From NCBI GenBank assembly GCA_009699875.1, contig WLNI01000003.1:8814-72813 (forward strand): DNA of 64,000 nt. The letters are read 5' to 3'. The stretch's first letter is position 1. Each line of letters opens with the position of its first letter. This stretch comes from Actinomycetota bacterium. GTDB taxonomy: Bacteria > Actinomycetota > Acidimicrobiia > Acidimicrobiales > RAAP-2. Shown here piece by piece: positions 18,576-28,618 of the stretch. Position numbers and translations under genes: made by a program. The notes below the pieces were generated by a model that worked only from the letters and a program-made list of their open reading frames with translations, did not search any database and was not told the origin of the DNA.

Positions 18576-20330
18576 TTACGAAGTTGCGAGTACCTCATCT
18601 CGCAACTGGCGCTTCAATACTTTTCCAGCTGGATTTCGAGGGAGTGGCTCATCTCTGAAGTAGAAGTGAGTAGGGACGTTGTACGCAGCCAAGCGCTCTT
18701 TCACGTGACGAGTTAATTCCTCTGCGGTCACGCTGCATCCTGAGCGAAGAGTGAGCACGACTCCAACTTCTTCTCCAAGGACCTCGTGAGGGATACCAAT
18801 GACGGCACAGTCAGAGATTGCTTGATGCTCAAAGAGAGCCGACTCGACCTCAACGGAGTAAATATTTTCTCCACCTCGAATAATCATGTCTTTTGCTCGG
18901 TCGACGATGTAGATAAACCCTTCATCGTCGATTCGAGCAACGTCACCGGTATGAACCCATCCATTTGTAAAGACGGCTTCGGTCTCTTTTGGACGATTCC
19001 AGTAACCCTGGACAACGTGGGGTCCCTTAATCCATAGTTCTCCTGTGACGTCTGGACCAATCGGTCGCGAAGGGTCAGGGTCGAGTCCATCGAAGTCTTC
19101 GGGGACAATCGCTACGTCAGCAACCGGCACCGCAGTGCCGACACTGTCAGGGCGAGCAACGTAATCAGGCCCGGTATTCATTGCGGTGGCGGCTGATGTT
19201 TCGGTCATGCCATAGCCATTGCCCGGCTGACCGATCGGGAACGCTTCGGTGATTCGTCTGACGAGATCCGGGGGAGCAGGTGCCCCTCCGTATGAGACGC
19301 TACGGACGCTTGAAATATCGGTGCTGGCAAATTTTGGTGAATCAAGAACCTGCATCACCATCGTGGGGACTCCGCCAAAGGTCGTAATCTTTTCGCGTTC
19401 TATGAGTTCAAGTGCCCGCTCGGGATTGAAATGATGCATCATCACAAGCTTGCCTCCTGCCATGGTGTTGACAATTAACACTGCATGACACCCAGTGGCA
19501 TGAAAAAGAGGAACACTGAGGAGGTACGAATTCTGAATGCTTTCTCCATTCTCGGTATTTCCAGTACCGAAGCGCAAAGTTGACCGAGTCCCGATAAAAA
19601 AGAGGTTCATCAAGTTTGAACAGGTATTCCTATGGGTCCCCACTGCACCCTTCGGCCGGCCAGTGGTGCCTGACGTGTAGAAAATTGTGGCGAGATCGTC
19701 AGGGTCAATTTCAACTTCAGGTAAGACAGCATCATTCTCAACCTCGCCCAGGAACGAAGCAAAGGAAAGAAACGTCTTTTCTGCTGGGAACTTCTCCTTC
19801 TGAAAGGAATCACTTCGATCTTCGGAAGCGACGATGATATGGCCTAGTTTGGTGAGTTGATCGCAGAAAGGAAGGAGTCGTTCGACTCGTTCTTGGTCGA
19901 CAACGGCGACTTTGGCCCCAGAGTCATTCAGCCCGTACGTCAGCTCTTCTCCCGTCCACCACGCATTTATGGGGACTACGACTGCGCCGAGTGACGCTGC
20001 CCCCCAAAAGGCAATAATCCATTCGGGGAGATTTCGCATGACGATAGCGACTCGATCGCCTTTTACGACACCAATGGCACTCAAGCGATGGGCGAACGTT
20101 GCCGCCATTCGAAAATGTTCTGTAAAAGTAATGCGTTCGTCTTCGTAGACAAGAAAATCCTGGTCGCCATGAGCGAGTGAGGCTTCCAGAACAACACGAA
20201 GGCTTTCCGGTGCGTATTTCCACACTTTTGTTTCTTGACCTCGGACCAACGCAGTGGAGAGTTCAAATCGACCCCCGGCAGAGGTGAGTTGATCGGTGGC
20301 TTCCCCGATGCTGAGTGTCTTCTCTCCCAT
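18576..20330 (-). CDS. AMP-dependent acyl-CoA synthetase/ligase (FadD-like)
   Basis: AMP-binding motif YTSGTTGRPKG, later GYGMTET, and C-terminal GKVLKRQLR. A start at the ATG at 20330 avoids overlapping orn. Confidence 0.85.
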   Translation of the reverse strand: MGEKTLSIGEATDQLTSAGGRFELSTALVRGQETKVWKYAPESLRVVLEASLAHGDQDFLVYEDERITFTEHFRMAATFAHRLSAIGVVKGDRVAIVMRNLPEWIIAFWGAASLGAVVVPINAWWTGEELTYGLNDSGAKVAVVDQERVERLLPFCDQLTKLGHIIVASEDRSDSFQKEKFPAEKTFLSFASFLGEVENDAVLPEVEIDPDDLATIFYTSGTTGRPKGAVGTHRNTCSNLMNLFFIGTRSTLRFGTGNTENGESIQNSYLLSVPLFHATGCHAVLIVNTMAGGKLVMMHHFNPERALELIEREKITTFGGVPTMVMQVLDSPKFASTDISSVRSVSYGGAPAPPDLVRRITEAFPIGQPGNGYGMTETSAATAMNTGPDYVARPDSVGTAVPVADVAIVPEDFDGLDPDPSRPIGPDVTGELWIKGPHVVQGYWNRPKETEAVFTNGWVHTGDVARIDDEGFIYIVDRAKDMIIRGGENIYSVEVESALFEHQAISDCAVIGIPHEVLGEEVGVVLTLRSGCSVTAEELTRHVKERLAAYNVPTHFYFRDEPLPRNPAGKVLKRQLRDEVLATS

Positions 20331-20340
20331 TTCCTTCGCC

Positions 20341-20880
20341 CTACTTTCCTGAAGTGAAAATATTATTTCGATAGTAACGAAGCTCGTCGAGTGATTCCTT
20401 AATATCATCTAACGCTCGATGTGAACCCTGCTTCTTCGGCGCATGTTCATAGACGTCTGGGTACCAGCGACGAGCGAGTTCCTTGATAGTAGAGACATCA
20501 ACACAGCGATAGTGAAGAAATGATTCGATCTGCGGCATCTGGGCAGCCAAGAAGCGTCGATCTGTTCCAATTGAGTTACCAGCAAGGGGGACAGAGCCAG
20601 GTGATTCGATGTGTTGAGTGAGAAAATCCATCGTCTCACGTTGTGCATCAGCAATGCTCAACGACGAAGACTGAATCTTCATTTCCAAACCAGAGTGTTG
20701 ATGCATCTTCGTGACAAAGTCATCCATGTGCGCTAACTCTTCCTGAGAGGCACTCATCACGAGATCGGGTCCTTCGGCGATAATCGTCAGGTTGTCATCA
20801 GTAATGAGGGAAGCGATTTCGACGATGACGTGGCGAGAAGGATCAAGTCCAGTCATCTCAAGATCAAGCCAGGCGAGCAC
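20341..20880 (-). CDS. orn: Oligoribonuclease
   Basis: LAWLDLEMTGLDP...VEIASLITD, GNSIGTDRRFL and HRALDDIKESL are DEDDh exonuclease motifs of Orn. Confidence 0.9.
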   Translation of the reverse strand: MLAWLDLEMTGLDPSRHVIVEIASLITDDNLTIIAEGPDLVMSASQEELAHMDDFVTKMHQHSGLEMKIQSSSLSIADAQRETMDFLTQHIESPGSVPLAGNSIGTDRRFLAAQMPQIESFLHYRCVDVSTIKELARRWYPDVYEHAPKKQGSHRALDDIKESLDELRYYRNNIFTSGK

Positions 20881-20933
20881 GGGTTCTTAGCGTAGTCACC
20901 CGGGGTGCCCCATGGTGAGAACGCCGATAACCT

Positions 20934-21383
20934 ATGGGGGTGCTTGAAGTGATGATTAGTTTGCTTGACGAAGGACTCAGCGGGCCTCGCTATGCCAACG
21001 AGGGTGATGCGGGCTGTGATCTCTTCGCAAGAGAAGGTGTTTTGCTCGAGCCACGTGGCGGAAGGGCCTTAATCCCGACAGGAGTTGTCATCGCTCTTCC
21101 TGAGGGATACGCCGGGTTTGTTCAACCCCGTAGTGGACTGGCCCTCCATCATGGCGTGACGTGTTTGAACTCTCCCGGGCTCATTGACGCCGGGTATCGA
21201 GGTGAGATCAAGGTTCTGCTTGTCAACACTGACCCAGTGGCACCATTTGAGATATCGCGTGGGGATCGTATTGCCCAACTCGTTATCCAGCAGGTTGCTC
21301 ACGCTGCCTTCACCGTGGTTGCTCAGGACAAACTTCCCGCTTCAACCCGAGGGAATGAAGGTTTTGGGAGTTCTGGGAGATGA
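20934..21383 (+). CDS. dut: dUTP diphosphatase
   Basis: GDAGCDLF, RSGLA, NSPGLIDAGYRGEI, GDRIAQL and C-terminal RGNEGFGSSG are the five dUTPase motifs. Confidence 0.9.
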   Translation: MGVLEVMISLLDEGLSGPRYANEGDAGCDLFAREGVLLEPRGGRALIPTGVVIALPEGYAGFVQPRSGLALHHGVTCLNSPGLIDAGYRGEIKVLLVNTDPVAPFEISRGDRIAQLVIQQVAHAAFTVVAQDKLPASTRGNEGFGSSGR

Positions 21384-22813
21384 AGGCTGAATCCCTTTCG
21401 GGAATGGACAGTGTGTTTGTCACACTCGATGCGGCGAATGCCCCACTTCATATTGGGATTGTGCTTGAGCTCGAACCCAACGATGCGACCACTCGTGATC
21501 CTCAGGTTCGATTCTCTGAGATCAAGGCCACTATTGAAAAGCGCTTAGGGAACCTCTCGGTACTCCGACGTCGAGTCATCAGAGTTCCATTTGACCTTGG
21601 ACCTCCACAGTTGGTGGATGATCCTGATTTTGATATCTCGTTTCATGTCGTGCGCCGAGCGGTGCCTTCGCCAGGTGATGCGAAACAAGTCGAAGCGCTG
21701 ATCGGTCGAATCATGGCCCGATCTCTTTCGCCGGATCGACCACTCTGGGAAATCAGTGTTATTGAGGGGCTTGAACAGGGAAGAACTGCAATTCTGATGA
21801 AGATTCATCACGCTCTTGCTGATGGGGTCTCGGGCGTCGCCGTCTTTGCCGAACTTTTTGATCTCGATCCGACGTCCCCACGCGAGGCAAAAGATGCAAA
21901 AGCTCACGTGGCCGCTCCGATCCCATCTCAAGTGGAGTTATTAGCAAGGTCATCTTCAGAACTTCTTCGCAGGCCAGCGGCAGCACTAGAGGCCCTGGGG
22001 TCAACACTTGAGAGAATGGCAGATCGAGTCGACGAATTGGTGAAGGATCTCGCAAGTAGCACTCCGTCCCTTTTGGCAGCCCCCCGGACCTCTCTCTCTG
22101 GGACGGTGTCGTATGCCAGAAACTTTGAGCGTTTTAAACTTGATCTTCAGCAAGTGAAAGAAGTCGCTCGCAGTCATGGGGGAACCGTGACGGATTTTGC
22201 CATGACGATCGTTGGGGGAGCACTTCGGCGCCTCCTTGAGGAACGGGGAGAGACCCCTGATGCAGATCTCGTGGCATTTATGCCAGTAAATATCCGTGCA
22301 CCGGGGACAGAAGGGGAACTTGGCAACAGAATATCTGCACGTCTTGTTCCAATGGCGAGCCAAACCCGAGATCCATTCGACCGCTTAGATATGTTGGTCG
22401 CAAATGGCAAGGCCTTGAGCAAGACCGAGGATGCCGACTCTGACTTTTTGAATGAAGTCGCTGACGCTGCAGGACCCACCGTTGCCTCTATGGCAGGAAG
22501 ATTGATTGATGCCTTTGATCTTTTCGACCACCTTCCACCAGTAGCCAACGTCGTGGTCTCATCGATACCCGGACCACCGGTCCCCCTTTGGTGCGCTGGC
22601 CAAAAAATCGTCCGGGCAACTCCTCTGGGGCCATTGATGTTGAATCAATCGTTAAATATCACGCTGCTGAGTTACATCGATACTCTTGAATTTGGGATTT
22701 TGGCATGTGCAAAGAAGGTCCCCGATGCGACGCTTCTTCGAGAGTTCTTGATTGAAGAAGCGCAGATGCTCCTGGTGGAAGGTGGCTCTGTAGCGCACGC
22801 TACTTCCGCTTAA
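21380..22813 (+). CDS. Wax ester synthase / diacylglycerol acyltransferase (WS/DGAT)
   Basis: Active-site HHALADGVSG (HHxxxDG) and the N-terminus LSGMDSVFVTLD...PLHIG. ATGA overlap with the dut stop. Confidence 0.85.
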   Translation: MKAESLSGMDSVFVTLDAANAPLHIGIVLELEPNDATTRDPQVRFSEIKATIEKRLGNLSVLRRRVIRVPFDLGPPQLVDDPDFDISFHVVRRAVPSPGDAKQVEALIGRIMARSLSPDRPLWEISVIEGLEQGRTAILMKIHHALADGVSGVAVFAELFDLDPTSPREAKDAKAHVAAPIPSQVELLARSSSELLRRPAAALEALGSTLERMADRVDELVKDLASSTPSLLAAPRTSLSGTVSYARNFERFKLDLQQVKEVARSHGGTVTDFAMTIVGGALRRLLEERGETPDADLVAFMPVNIRAPGTEGELGNRISARLVPMASQTRDPFDRLDMLVANGKALSKTEDADSDFLNEVADAAGPTVASMAGRLIDAFDLFDHLPPVANVVVSSIPGPPVPLWCAGQKIVRATPLGPLMLNQSLNITLLSYIDTLEFGILACAKKVPDATLLREFLIEEAQMLLVEGGSVAHATSA

Positions 22814-22873
22814 TATTCGGTGGAGTCAGGGGTTTTTCTCTCATGAGTCAGGCCCGATAGAGTAGGAGACCAC

Positions 22874-22949
22874 GCGGACGTAGCTCAGTTGGTAGAGCGC
22901 AACCTTGCCAAGGTTGAGGTCGCCGGTTCGAGCCCGGTCGTCCGCTCCA
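22874..22949 (+). tRNA. tRNA-Gly (anticodon GCC), CCA encoded
   Basis: GCGGACGTAGCTCAGTTGGTAGAGCGCAACCTTGCCAAGGTTGAGGTCGCCGGTTCGAGCCCGGTCGTCCGCTCCA folds as a clean cloverleaf with anticodon loop TTGCCAA. Confidence 0.95.
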
Positions 22950-23018
22950 AAGGACTGTCTCAATTCCTAAAGAGCGAGCCGATGTGGAATACGGACCATC
23001 GAGAGGGCACAGAGAACA

Positions 23019-24734
23019 GTGAAGTTGATCCGAAGTGCCTGCGTGTTGATCATGACAGCAGTCCTGTTTTCTGCGTGTGGGAGCTCCTCGAGTTCCCAGG
23101 GTCTTTCTGATGCTGGAGAACAGCAATCAAACTCTCGAGTCCAGGGCGTGCCTAGTCTTTCATCCCTGCAAGAGAACTCCTACCTAAACGGTGCCTTGTA
23201 TTCGAAGAACGGCCCATTCATCACTGATCGCTTTGGAAGAGTTGTTACTCTCCACGGAACGAATGCGGTCTACAAACTCCCACCGTACACACTCACCGTA
23301 AAACCGAATCAGCCGAATTCGCTTGCAAACCCCGACGCACAACGCATGTCTGCACTTGGATTCAACCTCACTCGAGTCGGTGTTATTTGGGCGGGAATAG
23401 AACCTGGAAAAGGTGGGCCAAACCAAACACAAGTTTGTGCGCAGGGTGCGGCAACAAATCCCAGGATGTGGAATCAAAAGGTGGCAAATGCATATTTAGA
23501 TCAAGTTGAACAGGTGGTCAATGAACTCGGCCGACATCATATTTATTCGCTGATCGACATGCATCAAGATGTTTGGAGCTCAGTCTTTGGGGGAGAAGGC
23601 GCTCCTGCCTGGGCTACGTGTACCAATGGACTTCCAATCCCGGCCACGGTGCAATGCAAAACTGCGCCATGTCGGTGGTCGGATGCTTATGGAGAACCAT
23701 CAGAAATAGCGGCATGGAACAATTTTTGGGACAACTCTGTCGTTGGCGGTCTCCAGCAGGAGTATCAAAAATCGTGGGCGGCTGTTGCAAAGCGCTTTGC
23801 CAACAACCCGTGGGTCGTCGGCTACGACCCAATCAATGAACCGTCGGCAATGAACAACGTGGTGGTGACGCCACAGTACGACTACACCGCGTCGCTCTCT
23901 TGTCTCTACGGTGGCCGGAACACAAAGCTCGTCGCCTTTAATAACAAGACCAAAATTCCCTGCCCAATAGGCGTTCCAAACATTGGGCTTATACAAACTA
24001 TTCAGTCCAATGACCCCAAGCATCTCGTAATGCCCGAAGTCGACAATGCCGCAAATCCCAATGGCGGTAAGACGCTGTATCTCGCTACGACTCCAACACT
24101 CTCGGGATTGGTCTACAACTTTCATGTTTATTGTCCGTATCGCAGTGGTGTGACGGGGAATGCCAAGAATCAAGAATTGTGTTCAAGCAAAGAAACGACC
24201 TCAATGGTGAACAACGTCAATCGACGAGCACTGTATGCGTCGACTCTCCAGCCCTTCGGACCCGCCATCATCATGAGTGAATTTGGTGCAACGTCGAATG
24301 AAAAACTCTCTTCGCTTTTGGCCCTTGATGCTGGTTCGCTTGGTTTGAGTTGGGCATGGTGGTCGTGGCGGTACTATTCCGATCCCACCGGAAGTAGCGC
24401 AGAAGCCCTCGTCCAAGCTGACGACCAGCTGAGTCCAGCCGGGACCGCTTTGACGCAAACTTATGCAATGGCGGTAGCGGGAATTCCCGTCGACTCTCAA
24501 AGCGACCCACTCAACGGTCAGTTCACACTGGTGTGGCAGACAAATCCAGATATCACTGCACCAACGACAATCTTCCTTGACCCAATGACATTTCAGTATC
24601 CGTACTGTACGTATGTGACCGGTGGAACGATTACGAGCAAACCCGGGGCGGCGATGGTGACTGTTCAGAATTCTTCAAAATCGGAACTCGCAGGGATTCG
24701 GATTGTCCCTGGAAAGTGCGTCAAGCTCAAATAA
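23019..24734 (+). CDS. Secreted lipoprotein, glycoside hydrolase family 5 (endoglycoceramidase-like) with C-terminal beta-rich domain
   Basis: Lipobox LFSAC followed by a Ser-rich linker. The GH5 acid/base context GYDPINEPS and nucleophile context IIMSEFG are present. The N-terminal block GRVVTLHGTNAVYKLPPY resembles EGCase-type GH5, which I state from memory. Confidence 0.75.
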   Translation: MKLIRSACVLIMTAVLFSACGSSSSSQGLSDAGEQQSNSRVQGVPSLSSLQENSYLNGALYSKNGPFITDRFGRVVTLHGTNAVYKLPPYTLTVKPNQPNSLANPDAQRMSALGFNLTRVGVIWAGIEPGKGGPNQTQVCAQGAATNPRMWNQKVANAYLDQVEQVVNELGRHHIYSLIDMHQDVWSSVFGGEGAPAWATCTNGLPIPATVQCKTAPCRWSDAYGEPSEIAAWNNFWDNSVVGGLQQEYQKSWAAVAKRFANNPWVVGYDPINEPSAMNNVVVTPQYDYTASLSCLYGGRNTKLVAFNNKTKIPCPIGVPNIGLIQTIQSNDPKHLVMPEVDNAANPNGGKTLYLATTPTLSGLVYNFHVYCPYRSGVTGNAKNQELCSSKETTSMVNNVNRRALYASTLQPFGPAIIMSEFGATSNEKLSSLLALDAGSLGLSWAWWSWRYYSDPTGSSAEALVQADDQLSPAGTALTQTYAMAVAGIPVDSQSDPLNGQFTLVWQTNPDITAPTTIFLDPMTFQYPYCTYVTGGTITSKPGAAMVTVQNSSKSELAGIRIVPGKCVKLK

Positions 24735-24824
24735 GGGTTTATCTTTTTCGTGGGTAACGATGGGAGTGGGGCTTGAGATCGGCAGTCTGCTGAGTGACGA
24801 GTGAATAGTCAGTAATCTCGCCCT

Positions 24825-26117
24825 GTGGCACTCTCTTCACTTCGACCATTGCGCTCGAAGAACTTTGCTCTGGTCTGGTCATCGGCGATGGTCTCAAATA
24901 TCGGGACTTGGATGCAGACGGTCGCACTCGGGACGCTCATCACTCTCAATACTCATAGTGTCTTATGGAACGCTCTCGTGATCGGTGCAGCGTTCATCCC
25001 CATGGGCCTTCTTTCCCCGTTGGGAGGAGTGTTGGCCGACCGTTTGGATCGCCGACGCTGGCTGATTGTCACCACTATCGCAGAAGCTGTTGTCGCAGCG
25101 GGCCTAACGGTATTTGTTGCGGTAGGAATTGATCCCCCATTTCTGATTCTTATCTTCGCGTTTCTCGGCGGAGTCGCCGGAGCAATCGGTTTCCCTTCGT
25201 ATCAGTCCATGCTCCCAGACCTTGTTGAGCGAGATGATCTCTTGGCTGCTGTCTCTCTCTCATCAGCACAATGGAATATGGGACGGGTTGTTGGACCAGC
25301 GCTGGCGGCGATCGTCCTTTTCTTGTGGACTCCGGCCGTGGCATTTGGAATCAACGCAGTGTCATTTGGTGCAGTGGTCGTAGCGCTGCTGTTCGTGAAG
25401 CTGCCTCACCGGGTAAGGGCCAAAGATGGAGAGTCTGTGATCGGCCGACTGCGAGATGGAGCCCAAATCGCCTTTAGAGAGCCAGGATGTCGTTCAGCAA
25501 TCATCTTGATTACCATCGTGGCGCTGGTCGGCTCGCCGTTTATTGGCCTTGTGGCATCATTCGCCATCGACGGCCTCCATCGCCATGCAGATGGAACAGC
25601 AATCTTGACCACGGCACAAGGTGTCGGAGCTGTGCTGGGGGCACTCGCTCTGGCACCACTCGCTAAGAAATTTGGGCAAAAAATTGTGGTGTCAATTGCA
25701 CTGTTCGCTTTCTGTCTCGCCATCGTTCTCTATGGACTGAGTCCTTCGATCTACTTGGCAGCCCTGGCCATGGTCCTTGTTGGGGGAACGTACATCTGTG
25801 TTCTGTCAGGTTTGAACTCAGTGGTGCAATTTCGAGCTCCGGAAGCGGCTCGTGGTCGGGTGTTGAGTATTTTCATGATGGCCCTGGGGACAATTTATCC
25901 AATTGGGTTGATTTTGGAAGGAGCAATTGGTCAGTCTGTTGGGATTAGAGGCATCACCATCATCTCTGGCGTAACTCTGGCGATCATTCTTGGGGGAGTG
26001 GCACTCTTCGACCGAAAGATCTTCACGTCACTGTTTGTCCAGAATACTGATCGAGTTATCGACGCCTCGACTCCAGAGGTAGGCGAGATTGATCTCGCCC
26101 AAGACCTCCAAGACTAG
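24825..26117 (+). CDS. MFS transporter (EntS/MFS_3-like, 12-TMS type)
   Basis: RSKNFALVWSSAMVSNIGTWMQ and GVLADRLDRRRW are typical of the EntS-like subfamily. Hydrophobic throughout. GTG start. Confidence 0.8.
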   Translation: MALSSLRPLRSKNFALVWSSAMVSNIGTWMQTVALGTLITLNTHSVLWNALVIGAAFIPMGLLSPLGGVLADRLDRRRWLIVTTIAEAVVAAGLTVFVAVGIDPPFLILIFAFLGGVAGAIGFPSYQSMLPDLVERDDLLAAVSLSSAQWNMGRVVGPALAAIVLFLWTPAVAFGINAVSFGAVVVALLFVKLPHRVRAKDGESVIGRLRDGAQIAFREPGCRSAIILITIVALVGSPFIGLVASFAIDGLHRHADGTAILTTAQGVGAVLGALALAPLAKKFGQKIVVSIALFAFCLAIVLYGLSPSIYLAALAMVLVGGTYICVLSGLNSVVQFRAPEAARGRVLSIFMMALGTIYPIGLILEGAIGQSVGIRGITIISGVTLAIILGGVALFDRKIFTSLFVQNTDRVIDASTPEVGEIDLAQDLQD

Positions 26118-26120
26118 ATA

Positions 26121-28463
26121 TCAGGCGTCAATTCCAACTTCAGTCTTTGTCGAGGCAGCGATACTCTTTTTCGATAAGTTCGATGGCCACCATGTGAAGT
26201 GACCCAAGAGTTGAACGATAGAAGGCACAAGCAAAGTTCGGACGATAAACGTATCGAGCAAAATTCCAATGGCCAAGGCAAAGCCGATCTCACGGATTTG
26301 GTCTTGGGTCCCAGTCACAATCAGAACAGCAAACGTTGCCGTCAAGATAATCCCCGCAGAGGTAACCGTCGTACCGGTTTCGCCCACGGCCTTGACGACC
26401 GCACGAGTTCGAGAATCACGATCACCGCCAAGTGGCCATTCTTCTCGTATTCGACTCATGACCAGGATGTTGTAGTCCTCGCCGAGCGCAACCAGAAAGA
26501 CAAAGAGCATAAATGGCAAGACAAACGTCAGGCCACCTTGTCCCCCCCAAATCATCCAGACCAATACGGTGATTCCCAAGGTTGATGCAAAACTCAAGAT
26601 GACAGTCAAGAGCAAGAAAATTGGGGCAATGACACTTCGCAACAACATGGCAAGCAGAATGCCAATAACCGCCATCACGATTGGGAAAATCAAGAAGAGA
26701 TCTTGGTTCGAGATGTTCTTGACGTCATAGAGAATCGGAGCGATCCCTGCTACTCCATATCGAGGGGCTTGGGCGATGCTCGCGGTATTAGTGGAGAGCG
26801 TTCGCAGTTGCGGAACGTCAGCGAGTGCAGCGTCAGAGCTTGGACCTCCAGCGGTGAGGGTGGTGTTTACCTGTATCCGTTTGCCATCGCTTGATATGTA
26901 CTGCCCTAAGTATTTATAGATCTGATACAAGGCCGCCTGCTCAGTGGTCAATCCCGATGGGGGAGTCGATGGAAGCGTTGCGGGCTCCCCAAGAAGCTTG
27001 TATCCCTCGAGCAGTGTTGCCGGGCTGATCTTGACGGTGGTGAGTTTCGTACTATTCGGATCGAGGGGAATCGTGACCTCAAAGGGCCCAGCGGTACTCG
27101 CAATTAACGAACTTTTAGAGATTGCAGTTTCTGCAGCATCAAGTTTGGTGAGTTGAGCCTCATTCCAGATTGGTTGGTCAAATGAGTAAACGAAACTCGT
27201 TGGCGATGTGAACGAAGCTGGAAAGTTTTTCGCAAGCACTTCGTTGCCGACCGTTGAGGCGTAGCCCGAGGGTGCAGAGGAACTGGCGAACCCCGTGATC
27301 GTTAAGCTGATACAGAAGAGTGCGAGCACTACGAGCAACCCCGCGCCTGCCGACAAGGTAATCCCAGGACGTTTGGCGCATTTTTCCGCAATGCGAGCCC
27401 AACCAGAGTCCACCCGAGGAACTTTCTTGGAGGGCCAGAAGGTCTTTGATCCTGAGAATGCCAAAAGCGCAGGGATCAAGGTGAGCGCAGAGACCAGCAT
27501 GACCAGGATGGCAATAGCGAGCGCCGGTCCGAGACCTTTGTACATTCCGAAACTAGCGAAGTAGAGACAGAACAACGCAGCTGAGACAGTTAAGGCCGCA
27601 TAGATAACGGCCTCTCCAACCTTGCTGACGGACTGGGAGATCGCTTCGATCGTCGAGTCATAGTTCTGCTGCTCTTCTCGGAAACGCATGATCAAGAACA
27701 GGCCGTAGTCAGTGCCTGCTCCAAGCATGAGTGCTCCCATGAGTGCGGGAACCAAACTCGAAATCGGGAGTCCCCATGTTGAGGCTTCGGCGACGATGGA
27801 TTCTGCGACAGAGATAGCGATAAAGACAGGAATTAAATTCAGGAACGGGGTGAGTACTGATCGATACACAATGGCCAAAATGACGAACAAGATAATAAAT
27901 GAAAGAAGCGAAGTGAGGTTTTGGGATTGTGCAGACGATGCGGCGTTATCAGCACTGACGCCGATAGTCCCTGTCAGATAGACGTTGAGGCCCTGTGCCG
28001 AATTCGAAGATGCGACATTGCGGATACCAGCGACAACTGCGTTCGTTGCGTCACCTTGAGCTGCGGTATTGACGGTGACAATGGAGACCTGGGTCGACGG
28101 TGTACTCAGGGAGGGGATTGGAGCACCAACAGAGATGACATTGGGGACCTTTTCGACAGCAGCAAGCTGAGAAGCGATTGTCTGTTTTTGTGCAGTCGTC
28201 GGTGCAGCGCCACTCGTTGTCTCAAAGACCAAATCTCCTGTTGGGTGTACGGCGGCTCCACAAGGAGAGATGAGCCCTTCTGCCTGCATGCTGGGCTCAG
28301 AACAAGGCAAAAATGCACCGTTCGAAGATGACGCTACGTCAATGAGTTTTGGGCACGTTGTCGTGACGACGACAACAATCAAGATCCATGCAGCAACCAC
28401 GATCCACTTGAATCGTGCAGAGAAATGAGCAATGCGATAGAGGAAGCGTTCCACGTAATCCAC
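26121..28463 (-). CDS. MMPL-family (RND superfamily) membrane transporter
   Basis: 780 aa. It has two blocks of about six hydrophobic helices separated by soluble loops, and repeated GTDYGLFLIMRFREE and GEDYNILVMSRIREE motifs. Confidence 0.85.
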   Translation of the reverse strand: MDYVERFLYRIAHFSARFKWIVVAAWILIVVVVTTTCPKLIDVASSSNGAFLPCSEPSMQAEGLISPCGAAVHPTGDLVFETTSGAAPTTAQKQTIASQLAAVEKVPNVISVGAPIPSLSTPSTQVSIVTVNTAAQGDATNAVVAGIRNVASSNSAQGLNVYLTGTIGVSADNAASSAQSQNLTSLLSFIILFVILAIVYRSVLTPFLNLIPVFIAISVAESIVAEASTWGLPISSLVPALMGALMLGAGTDYGLFLIMRFREEQQNYDSTIEAISQSVSKVGEAVIYAALTVSAALFCLYFASFGMYKGLGPALAIAILVMLVSALTLIPALLAFSGSKTFWPSKKVPRVDSGWARIAEKCAKRPGITLSAGAGLLVVLALFCISLTITGFASSSAPSGYASTVGNEVLAKNFPASFTSPTSFVYSFDQPIWNEAQLTKLDAAETAISKSSLIASTAGPFEVTIPLDPNSTKLTTVKISPATLLEGYKLLGEPATLPSTPPSGLTTEQAALYQIYKYLGQYISSDGKRIQVNTTLTAGGPSSDAALADVPQLRTLSTNTASIAQAPRYGVAGIAPILYDVKNISNQDLFLIFPIVMAVIGILLAMLLRSVIAPIFLLLTVILSFASTLGITVLVWMIWGGQGGLTFVLPFMLFVFLVALGEDYNILVMSRIREEWPLGGDRDSRTRAVVKAVGETGTTVTSAGIILTATFAVLIVTGTQDQIREIGFALAIGILLDTFIVRTLLVPSIVQLLGHFTWWPSNLSKKSIAASTKTEVGIDA

Positions 28464-28618
28464 CTTTGGTTATCTCAGAGAAACTAACCCAGGAACACAG
28501 CACATGCCTATAACCACATCAAATTAGGGCCTTTCATGAAGGAGTGACTGAATGAAATCCTCGACAGGTAAGGTTGATTGGTAGTTCACCCCCCATTTCC
28601 CCTAGGAGTTACTTCAAG

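Noticed and set aside
22848-23126. ORFs 22848..23126(-) and 22889..23110(+).
   Set aside because: Both run through tRNA-Gly(GCC) and the 5' end of the GH5 gene, and neither has independent support.
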